Under the pieces are notes generated by a model. The model was not told where the DNA came from. It ran no database searches and worked only from the letters and a program-made list of their open reading frames with translations. This document shows, piece by piece, positions 20,907 through 28,644 of a stretch of DNA of 64,000 nucleotides. Numbering within the stretch: position 1 is the stretch's first letter; the number at the start of each line of letters is the position of its first letter. The stretch is taken from the NCBI GenBank assembly GCA_934167885.1, contig CAKPMB010000003.1:30890-94889 (forward strand), written 5' to 3'. The stretch is from an uncultured Bacilli bacterium (GTDB taxonomy: Bacteria; Bacillota_I; Bacilli_A; RF39; UBA660). Made by a program: the position numbers and the translations under genes.

Positions 20907-21831
20907 TATTTTAAATCTCATAGAGAATGATTTAATTAACAACCATTGGTGTATAAATGAAAATGCTAAAAGTTATATTTTTGTTAAAAATAATTATCAG
21001 GCAACATGTTCATTTAAGCAAAAGTTAAATATTATTGAAGGTTATCAAAAAATATACAATACACTAACTAGTTTAAATCATTGTATTTTGTATAAACCAT
21101 TAGATATTTTAGATTCATATAAAAATAATTCTTTTATAGGATCGGGTTTAGATTTATATTATCCGTATTTTTATGATAATATTAAAATGCCCCATAACCC
21201 ATCTTTAATTTTTCAACCCGTTGTGCGCTATTCTAAAGAAAAATTAATGGGAGTGACAAAATACAAATCATCTATTTCCTTTGTTAATGTTTCCTATTTT
21301 AAAGAATTTAATAACAATTTATTTGAATGTATAAATGAAGTTATTGATATTTATTCTAAACTTGGAATTCATGCTTCAAATTTAAAGATAAAGTTAAATA
21401 AGAAAGAATATAAATATCTAAATAAAGAAAAACATTTTATAATAAAATTCTATATTAATGGGCTTGAAGTATCAGATATTTTACTTATTTTTTGCCATCA
21501 TAAAACTTTTATTGAATATGGCTTTGGTATTGAAAGAATGCTTATGGCTATTTTCAACTGTCAATACGAAAATTTATTCTTTAATGAACGAACAAATTAT
21601 TATCATGATGATTTAATTAGAATTAATTTTATAAGTTTATTAGCATTTTCTAATCAAAAATTTAAGAAAGGTTCTAAAAGTATTTATAATAAAATTAAGA
21701 ATGAATTAAAGTTATGTCCTTATAAAGATTCTCTTAAAATATTAAAAATAAATTATAATTATTGGAAATTAGTTTTAAATAGTAGCATGTCATTTAATAA
21801 GTTTTTAAATAATTATGCTAAATTAATATAA
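20893..21831 (+). CDS. Stand-alone class II aminoacyl-tRNA-synthetase-like catalytic core (GlyRS-alpha/AlaRS-like)
   Basis: 312 aa. Motif order QPVVRYSK ... SFVNVSYF ... FYINGLEVSDILLIF ... EYGFGIERMLMAIF mirrors subclass IId cores (motif 3 G.G.ER). No anticodon-binding or editing domain. 14-nt overlap with the GNAT gene. Confidence 0.45.
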   Translation: MNACDILNLIENDLINNHWCINENAKSYIFVKNNYQATCSFKQKLNIIEGYQKIYNTLTSLNHCILYKPLDILDSYKNNSFIGSGLDLYYPYFYDNIKMPHNPSLIFQPVVRYSKEKLMGVTKYKSSISFVNVSYFKEFNNNLFECINEVIDIYSKLGIHASNLKIKLNKKEYKYLNKEKHFIIKFYINGLEVSDILLIFCHHKTFIEYGFGIERMLMAIFNCQYENLFFNERTNYYHDDLIRINFISLLAFSNQKFKKGSKSIYNKIKNELKLCPYKDSLKILKINYNYWKLVLNSSMSFNKFLNNYAKLI

Positions 21832-21905
21832 AGATCTTTGTCCAAGATGAAGATTTTTTTTTATTAATAAAAAGATGTATGATATAATACTTGTGAAAAG
21901 AGGGA

Positions 21906-22364
21906 ATGATGAAAGAAGATAAAAAATTATTGATTTATAAAATTATAATAATTCTTTTAGGATTTAGTTCACTTTGTTTATTATATACACAAAAAATATA
22001 CATATATGAAAAAATATCAATTAAAACTTTTAGTATTGGGATGATAATTGGTATTATTTTATGGATTATCTTTTTAATTAATGCAACTATTTTAGTTTTT
22101 ATTGTAAATAAAAATGATGAAAAATATTTAAAATTACGAAATATTCAACGAAACATCGTTTTATTGTTGCTTATTACTATGATTTTAATATATCGCGTTG
22201 GTAATGGTATTTTAACACTTTATAAATTAAAAGGAACTTCTTTTAGAATTATGATATATGTTTTATTTGGTCTTATCTTTTTAACATATGTTATTATGAC
22301 AATAGTTATTAATAAGCAAGAGGTAAATAATTCTAAAAAGCAAAAATTAAAGAATAAAAAGTAG
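21906..22364 (+). CDS. Small polytopic membrane protein, unknown function
   Basis: 152 aa, about four hydrophobic helices, Lys-rich C-terminus; followed by a strong terminator. Confidence 0.55.
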   Translation: MMKEDKKLLIYKIIIILLGFSSLCLLYTQKIYIYEKISIKTFSIGMIIGIILWIIFLINATILVFIVNKNDEKYLKLRNIQRNIVLLLLITMILIYRVGNGILTLYKLKGTSFRIMIYVLFGLIFLTYVIMTIVINKQEVNNSKKQKLKNKK

Positions 22365-22405
22365 TAGTATTGATTTAGCAAAAATTGTTCATAAAATTAT
22401 TAGAG

Positions 22406-22438
22406 CCCTGGTTCAATTTTATATTGAATCAGGGTTTT
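22406..22438 (+). terminator. Rho-independent terminator
   Basis: CCCTGGTTCAAT-tttat-ATTGAATCAGGG (12 bp, one G-U) then TTTT. Confidence 0.8.
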
Positions 22439-22504
22439 ATAGTCCAAATTTTTAATTGTGCATATTTTCTATGAAGCAATTAGATACGATAAGCATTATA
22501 TTAC

Positions 22505-22538
22505 AAAAAAAAGCGGCTCACATTTTTGTGTCCGCTTT
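22505..22538 (-). terminator. Rho-independent terminator for the minus-strand gene 22577-23125
   Basis: On minus strand AAAGCGGACACA-aaaa-TGTGAGCCGCTTT followed by U8 (plus-strand A8 at 22505-22512). Confidence 0.7.
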
Positions 22539-22576
22539 CACTTTTATTACTACTATAATTTATTTTGTTGTTAATA

Positions 22577-23125
22577 TCAGTTTGCAATAATTTCAATTAT
22601 GTCTAAATAATAGCCTAAAACTTCGCCAACATCAGTAATTTTACCTCTAATTGTTATTTCTTGATCTGATGATAACGTTTTAACGATTTCTTTTTGTTCA
22701 CTGTTTTTAATTCTACAAAAAACACCATTAAAATCAAATTCCTTGGTTGTTGACTCTAATGAAATATATTTTAAGTCAGAATCTATTGTTCCTAATTTAC
22801 CAGTTATTTCAACATACTTTTTATTATATTTTTCTTTTGCTGATGCAGCATTATTTTCTAACGCTTCATCTAAATCGTCTTTAGATACTTTAATATATTT
22901 TATTTCTTCTGGTTGTTGGTTAGATGAAGTTCCATTTGATGTTCCGTTCGTGGGTTCTTCATAATCAGTGATAGTATTTGAAATAATGCTCATAGCAACA
23001 ATAACTATAATAACAATTAACCAAACAGGCATTCCTTGGCTTGATCCACAGTATGGGCATTTTTTTGCTTTTATGTTGATTGGTGCCTTACATTTTTTGC
23101 ATTGTTTTGTCCCAACGTTATTCAT
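22577..23125 (-). CDS. Zinc-ribbon / single-TM / OB-fold (tRNA_anti-like) protein
   Basis: 182 aa; CKKC..CPYC ribbon, TM helix VWLIVIIVIVAMSIIS, C-terminal domain resembling the OB-fold lipoprotein-type tRNA_anti-like family. Confidence 0.5.
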   Translation of the reverse strand: MNNVGTKQCKKCKAPINIKAKKCPYCGSSQGMPVWLIVIIVIVAMSIISNTITDYEEPTNGTSNGTSSNQQPEEIKYIKVSKDDLDEALENNAASAKEKYNKKYVEITGKLGTIDSDLKYISLESTTKEFDFNGVFCRIKNSEQKEIVKTLSSDQEITIRGKITDVGEVLGYYLDIIEIIAN

Positions 23126-23232
23126 AACTATTAACTCCTTTCCCTATTATTGTAACATATAAACTTCACGCAGACGACATATTTTTTAAAAAATTTATGA
23201 AATAATTTTTGTATGAGAGGGAGTGATATACT

Positions 23233-23472
23233 TTGACTAGCAGATACTCAAAAGAACAATTGTCAATTATTGTTAGAAAAAACATTAGAAAGTATCGGTT
23301 AATGCGAAAGTATACACTTCAAGAACTTGCTGATTTGACTGGTTTGACTCACGGATATGTTAGAGATTTAGAATGTTTATCCATCGAAAAAACACCACTT
23401 TTAGAAACTATTGGAAAATTTGCCGATGCATTGGAAATAGATATTAGGCAATTATTTGATGACATTAAATGA
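23233..23472 (+). CDS. XRE-family helix-turn-helix transcriptional regulator
   Basis: 79 aa; YTLQELADLTGLTHGYVRDLE; TTG start 9 nt after GAGGGAG. Confidence 0.7.
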   Translation: MTSRYSKEQLSIIVRKNIRKYRLMRKYTLQELADLTGLTHGYVRDLECLSIEKTPLLETIGKFADALEIDIRQLFDDIK

Positions 23473-23716
23473 TCTATATAGCAATATTTAGTTAAATTAA
23501 TTTTATGAAACGATTATTACATAATGCAAATTTTGAAAAAGATTACGTTTTTTTTGTGAAAGTGATTTGTGGACATATAAGAACGTAATCTTTTTGATAT
23601 ATTTATGAAGTATTTAAATATGTTATTGTCACAAAGACAATTTTACATAAATAATTAATAAGAAATTATTTTTCGTATTTAATAATAGGTTTTGTTTAAA
23701 ATAATAATGGTGGAAT

Positions 23717-25408
23717 ATGTCAAAAAGTGAAAATAAACAAATCCTTCTTAGTTGTAAAAAAGAATTTATATATAAATTTATTACAAGTATTGCTATTGTT
23801 GTTTTATTATTAATAATTCCTATTTTATATAGTAAAGCAATAGATTATATAAGTTATAATGCTTTTAAAAAAGCGGTTGTTATTTTAATTATTTTTGGTG
23901 TTATTACCTTAATTTATCGTTTTTTTGAAATAATAAATCAAAAAGCATATTATAAGTTATATTCTAAATTATATTATAATTATATGAATTTAGGTCTTGT
24001 AAAGACTTGCAATAATTCTTTATATAGTTTGTCACGTTTTAGTTTATCAGAGTATAGTAATATTTTAACAGAAGATTTTGAATATTTAAGTGATTATTAC
24101 AGCACTTTAATAATTAGAGGAGTAGAGATATTACAGTTTATTTATATTATTATTTATTTTTTCTTTATTAATAAAACTATTGGTTTAATAACGTTAATTT
24201 CATCGGTTGGTGTCATTATATTGCTTCTTTATTATAATAAACATATTGTTAAAACGAATGAATTACGCAAAGATTATAATGATGAACGTGTAAGTATATT
24301 ACAAGAAGTTTTTTTATCAATAAAGGAAATTAAAGGCTTCAATATGTTAAAGAAAATAAAAAAGAATATTGATGATGTTATTAATAACTATATTCTTTGG
24401 AATAATAAATTAAATATTGATAAATATAATATCCGTCAAATTGCCCTTTTAATAGTGGATATTTTTAAAGTTATTTGTTTAATCTATTGTGTATATTTAA
24501 TAAATGGTAGTTATATAACTATTGGTGTAATTACAATCGTATATAGTTATTATACTAAGTTATCGGACTTATTCGCTTCTATTATTTTACTTAATGAAAA
24601 TATTTCCAATGTTCGTGTTGCCAATAGGCGTATTTTTAAATTATTTCAGTATGCTCAAGATAATCCTAATAATTTAGAAAATAACAATGATATTAGCGGT
24701 CATATTACATTTGATGATGTTTTATATGGTAGTCGAAATAATCCTACCTTAAATCACGTTAGTTTTGATATTAAACCTAATACATATAATGTTCTAACAG
24801 GAGATGAACGAGCTTGTCATGGTATCTTTGAACTTCTATTATCGTATAATCGTAAACATAGTGGCAATATATATATCGATGATGTTGAAATTGAAAAATA
24901 TTCCAAAGAAAATATTAGTAATAATATAAATTTCATTATGTTGCCCATTGTTTTCTTTAATAAATCAATTAAAGATAATTTACTATTATTTGATAGTAAT
25001 TTTGACAATATTGTTAGTGTTTGTAAATACTTAGATATTCATGATGAAATTTTAAAATATAAAGATGGTTACAGCACAATACTAAATCATAATGCTAGCA
25101 ATATAAGTGATGATTTAAAATATATGTTATCATTCGCTAAGATTTTCTTAAAAAAAAGTAAAATTATTTTAATAGATGACTTTCTACCTTATCTGACTAA
25201 AAAAAGAAAAGAACAAGTTATAAATATATTAAATGATTTAAAGAAAGAACATACTATTTTATTTATAACTAAAAATAAGAGTATTATTGATAATAAAGAA
25301 GTAGATAATATTCTATTTATTCATAAAGCATCTTTTGTTATGTTAGAATCATGTGTATTAATGAAAAAGAATTGTCCATTATTTCTAGAGTTTTATAAAA
25401 ATATTTAA
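23717..25408 (+). CDS. ABC exporter-like fused TMD-NBD protein with degenerate nucleotide-binding motifs
   Basis: 563 aa; six N-terminal helices. In the C-terminal NBD, Walker A is LTGDERACHG (no GK[ST]), the signature position reads NISDDLKYML, and Walker B is ILIDDF (no catalytic Glu). Confidence 0.6.
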   Translation: MSKSENKQILLSCKKEFIYKFITSIAIVVLLLIIPILYSKAIDYISYNAFKKAVVILIIFGVITLIYRFFEIINQKAYYKLYSKLYYNYMNLGLVKTCNNSLYSLSRFSLSEYSNILTEDFEYLSDYYSTLIIRGVEILQFIYIIIYFFFINKTIGLITLISSVGVIILLLYYNKHIVKTNELRKDYNDERVSILQEVFLSIKEIKGFNMLKKIKKNIDDVINNYILWNNKLNIDKYNIRQIALLIVDIFKVICLIYCVYLINGSYITIGVITIVYSYYTKLSDLFASIILLNENISNVRVANRRIFKLFQYAQDNPNNLENNNDISGHITFDDVLYGSRNNPTLNHVSFDIKPNTYNVLTGDERACHGIFELLLSYNRKHSGNIYIDDVEIEKYSKENISNNINFIMLPIVFFNKSIKDNLLLFDSNFDNIVSVCKYLDIHDEILKYKDGYSTILNHNASNISDDLKYMLSFAKIFLKKSKIILIDDFLPYLTKKRKEQVINILNDLKKEHTILFITKNKSIIDNKEVDNILFIHKASFVMLESCVLMKKNCPLFLEFYKNI

Positions 25409-25465
25409 AATTTATAGTTTTTTAGTCTAAATTTTTGTATAATAAATCTATAAGGATAGGTTAAT

Positions 25466-25912
25466 ATGAAGAAGGTAATAATATATTCATTGACAATATT
25501 TAGTTTATTTTTATTAGTAGGGTGTTCTAATAGTCCCAAAAGTTATAAATGGGGTGATGAAAAGACATTTTTTGATAGTGTTCCAACACCTTCATCAAAG
25601 ATTGATAATTTAAGTAAAGATAAGGATAATGATGGTAAAGTTGCATATTCGGTTTTTATTAATAGTTTTTCATATGATGATTTTTATAGTTATATTGAAA
25701 AATTAGAAAAGAATGGCTTTCATTATGAATTTTTAGATGATTATGTTCCTAAAGATATTAATAAGTTAGCGGATAAAACCGAAACTAGTTGGGCTGCTAA
25801 TAAGGGTAATATTTATGTAATTGCTAATTGGCGTTCTAATGATAATACATATTATAATGGTTATAATCTACAATTATTATTTTACAACTATGATTATACA
25901 AAGATTTCATAG
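25466..25912 (+). CDS. Lipoprotein, unknown function
   Basis: 148 aa; lipobox LLVGC at residues 16-20. Confidence 0.6.
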   Translation: MKKVIIYSLTIFSLFLLVGCSNSPKSYKWGDEKTFFDSVPTPSSKIDNLSKDKDNDGKVAYSVFINSFSYDDFYSYIEKLEKNGFHYEFLDDYVPKDINKLADKTETSWAANKGNIYVIANWRSNDNTYYNGYNLQLLFYNYDYTKIS

Positions 25913-25943
25913 TTAAAAGTGCCAAAAAAATAAGGAAAATGTG

Positions 25944-25972
25944 TTGACAAGGTATAAGCTTTTGTGTATAAT
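25944..25972 (+). promoter_or_regulatory. Consensus sigma-A promoter for tRNA-Ala
   Basis: TTGACA (25944-25949), 17-nt spacer, TGTGTATAAT extended -10 (TATAAT 25967-25972), ~20 nt before the tRNA. Confidence 0.8.
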
Positions 25973-25991
25973 CTTATTTGTCAACTGAAAT

Positions 25992-26067
25992 GGGGCATTA
26001 GCTCAGCTGGGAGAGCGTCACGTTTGCACCGTGAAGGTCAACGGTTCGATCCCGTTATGCTCCACCA
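25992..26067 (+). tRNA. tRNA-Ala (anticodon UGC), CCA encoded
   Basis: Cloverleaf read by hand: acceptor GGGGCAT/ATGCTCC with G3:U70 identity pair, anticodon loop TTTGCAC, T-arm GGTTCGATCC, 3' ACCA. Confidence 0.93.
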
Positions 26068-26078
26068 TTTAGTTAGTA

Positions 26079-26105
26079 AATCTTGAGAAATCAAGATTTT
26101 TTTTT
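26079..26105 (+). terminator. Rho-independent terminator after tRNA-Ala
   Basis: AATCTTGA-gaaa-TCAAGATT then T7. Confidence 0.8.
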
Positions 26106-26164
26106 AGTCATTAATAATAAGCGTTTATTTGAATCTTTAATATAATAAAGTGGAGGTTCAAATA

Positions 26165-27037
26165 ATGAATTATTTAATATATCCTACTAAGAAAATGTAT
26201 ATATCACAAAGTTATGATGGTAAATATTCACATATAAAAAGTTCAAGTGGTACACCTTTTGATTATCCAATCGATGAAAGTTGTGGAAGTAATGAAAGAG
26301 ATTATTTTTATTGTCCATGTGATGAAGTAGTTATAAAGAAAATATATGGTGTAGGTGCTAAAGGAACAAATACGATTTGGATGAGTTCAACAAATAAAGT
26401 TAAATTAGCAAATGGCACAGAAGATTATATAACAATTATGGTTGTTCATCCCAATGATGATACGTTAAAAGGTATAAAAGTAGGCCAAAAATATAAACGT
26501 GGCGCTAAAATGTTTAGAGAAGGTAATGATGGTAATGCAACAGGATATCATTTCCATATATCAGTAAGTTGTGGTCGCTTTAGTGGTAATGGTTGGGTAA
26601 AAAACAATAAAGGAGCATGGGTAATTACCGGACGCGCTATTAAGCCAGAAGATGCTTTCTTTATTGATGATAGTTTTACTAAAATAATTAATAATCGTGG
26701 TCTTAATTTTAAAAAATTAATTAAAAATATTGGAACACCCGTTGCAAGAGATGAAAATAAAAAACAAGTTAAAGTTTTAGTTGACGAATTAAGAGTTAGA
26801 GAAAGTCCTTTTGGTAATATATTAGGATTCGCTAATAAAGGAATATATTATGTTTTAAATGAAGAAATTAATAAACAATATACTTGGTATGAAATAGAAG
26901 AAAAGCACTGGATTGCTACTAATGAAGGTGTTTGGACGACATTATACGAAGTAGAAAATAAAGAAGAAAAGCCTGTTAGTATATTTAGAAGAATTCTTAA
27001 GAAAATCTTAAGTTTATTTAAAAAATTATTTAGATAG
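26165..27037 (+). CDS. M23 (LytM/lysostaphin-type) peptidase-like protein with SH3b-like domain and cationic amphipathic tail
   Basis: 290 aa from ATG 26165 (GGAGG RBS). GNDGNATGYHFHISV matches the M23 HxH region. C-terminal LRVRESPFGNILGFANKGIYYVLNEE..TWYEIE..HWIA is SH3b-like. The last 20 aa are VSIFRRILKKILSLFKKLFR. No signal peptide. Confidence 0.5.
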   Translation: MNYLIYPTKKMYISQSYDGKYSHIKSSSGTPFDYPIDESCGSNERDYFYCPCDEVVIKKIYGVGAKGTNTIWMSSTNKVKLANGTEDYITIMVVHPNDDTLKGIKVGQKYKRGAKMFREGNDGNATGYHFHISVSCGRFSGNGWVKNNKGAWVITGRAIKPEDAFFIDDSFTKIINNRGLNFKKLIKNIGTPVARDENKKQVKVLVDELRVRESPFGNILGFANKGIYYVLNEEINKQYTWYEIEEKHWIATNEGVWTTLYEVENKEEKPVSIFRRILKKILSLFKKLFR

Positions 27038-27039
27038 AC

Positions 27040-27071
27040 AGTTATGGATGTTAAGTCCATAACTTTTTTTA
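27040..27071 (+). terminator. Rho-independent terminator
   Basis: AGTTATGGA-tgttaag-TCCATAACT then T7. Confidence 0.8.
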
Positions 27072-27113
27072 TTTGTTTATATAAAAAATGTTACAATTAA
27101 TATGTGGTGTTTT

Positions 27114-28532
27114 ATGAGTAGTAAAAAGAAGATAATAATTATAAGTTTAATTTTTATAATATTTATAGGTATTAGTATATTAATATTTTATTCAATACCT
27201 AGTTTTAAAGTTCAAAGTTTTGATGAAATACAAGAAATTGATGTTTTTAATAATTACGACAGTAGTAATATTAATGTTTGTTATGGTAATATTTTTAAAT
27301 GCACTAAAGTAATTCCTAGGAAAGAAGGTAGTGTTGATACTTATCATATAGGAAGTTATACCATAAAATGGATATGGGAGTATAAAGGTTCGACTTTAAC
27401 AAAAACACAAACTGTAAATGTTGTTGATAAGGAAAAGCCTGTTATTAAAGTAGAAGGTGATACAATTTATTATTGTCCAAATGGTAATATTAATGCTCCT
27501 AAAATAACAGCAACGGATAATTATGATGGTGATATAACCGATAAGATAACTAAAGAATTAATAGGTGATGTTTATCATTTAAAGGTTTTGGATTCATCAG
27601 GAAACATTGGTGAAGTTTCCTATAAAGCTTTAAAAAAAGATGAAGAAAAACCTAAAATAACGCTAAAAGGTGATAATCCTTTGTATATAAAAGTAGGTAG
27701 TTCATATAGTGAGCCTGGTTATAGTGCTACAGATAATTGTGATGGTGATGTCACTTCTAAAGTTAAAGTAAGTAATAATATTAAAACGAATAACGCTGGT
27801 GAGTATTATGTAAAGTATAGTGTTCAAGATGAAATGGGGAATACATCAACTGTTGAGAGAAAAGTATATGTTTATCGGGGAACCAATGTTATAACACCTA
27901 ATGGTAAAAGCATATATTTAACATTTGATGATGGACCATCAATGTATACTAATAAGTTGTTAGATATATTAAGAAAATATGATGTTAAAGCTACCTTTTT
28001 TGTCACTGACCAACCATCAAGGTATGATAGTTGTATTAAAAGAGCATATGATGAAGGCCATACTATTGCCATGCATAGTGCAACACATAATTATAAGTAT
28101 ATATATTCATCTACAGATAATTATTTTAAGGATTTAGAAAGAATTCAAAATAAAATAAAAAGAATCACAGGTGAAACACCGTATATGTTAAGATTCCCAG
28201 GTGGTAGTTCCAATACAGTAAGTCGAAATTATGATAAAGGAACTAAAATAATGAGCAAGTTAACCAAAATGGTTGAAGCAAGAGGATATCGTTATTTTGA
28301 TTGGAATGTCTCAAGTGGAGATGCAGGTAATACTACAAAAACAAGTAAGGTTTATAGTAATGTTGTTAATTCATTAGGCAATGGTAAAACATATATAGTT
28401 TTACAACATGATTCAAAAGGATACAGTGTAAATGCTGTTGAGGATATTATTAAATATGGTCTAAGTAGAGGATACAATTTCAGACCATTGACCATGAATA
28501 GTCCAACAATCCATCATGGCGTGAACAATTAA
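27114..28532 (+). CDS. Membrane-anchored polysaccharide deacetylase (NodB) with two DUF5011-type Ig-like domains
   Basis: 472 aa; N-terminal TM; ATDNYDGDIT and ATDNCDGDVT Ig-like repeats; NodB motifs YLTFDDGPS, MHSATHNY, LRFPGGS, VLQHD. Confidence 0.85.
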   Translation: MSSKKKIIIISLIFIIFIGISILIFYSIPSFKVQSFDEIQEIDVFNNYDSSNINVCYGNIFKCTKVIPRKEGSVDTYHIGSYTIKWIWEYKGSTLTKTQTVNVVDKEKPVIKVEGDTIYYCPNGNINAPKITATDNYDGDITDKITKELIGDVYHLKVLDSSGNIGEVSYKALKKDEEKPKITLKGDNPLYIKVGSSYSEPGYSATDNCDGDVTSKVKVSNNIKTNNAGEYYVKYSVQDEMGNTSTVERKVYVYRGTNVITPNGKSIYLTFDDGPSMYTNKLLDILRKYDVKATFFVTDQPSRYDSCIKRAYDEGHTIAMHSATHNYKYIYSSTDNYFKDLERIQNKIKRITGETPYMLRFPGGSSNTVSRNYDKGTKIMSKLTKMVEARGYRYFDWNVSSGDAGNTTKTSKVYSNVVNSLGNGKTYIVLQHDSKGYSVNAVEDIIKYGLSRGYNFRPLTMNSPTIHHGVNN

Positions 28533-28600
28533 TATTGAATAACATAATAATTTTTGATAAAATCATATTAGAAAAAATAAAACAAAGGATATGATGAAAA

Positions 28601-28641
28601 GTGTTAAATAGTATCAAAACAAATGTGTCAAAAAGTGTCAA
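28601..28641 (+). promoter_or_regulatory. Four phased GTNTNAA heptamers (candidate regulator-binding array), copy 1
   Basis: GTGTTAA 28601, GTATCAA 28611, GTGTCAA 28625, GTGTCAA 28635 (offsets 0/10/24/34). The heptamers are invariant in all three leaders, whereas the spacers differ. Confidence 0.35.
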
Positions 28642-28644
28642 TAT

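Noticed and set aside
23505-23588. 27-codon ORF (MKRLLHNANFEKDYVFFVKVICGHIRT) in the XRE-ABC spacer
   Set aside because: It has no RBS and spans the inverted repeat, which explains the sequence better. It is too short to support without further evidence.
28591-28611. Six-codon mini-ORF ATGATGAAAAGTGTTAAATAG (MMKSVK) after AAAGGA, present in all three leaders
   Set aside because: The spacing to the SD-like AAAGGA is only 1-4 nt. The ORF overlaps the first conserved heptamer, so its conservation is explained by that element. I see no evidence that it is translated.
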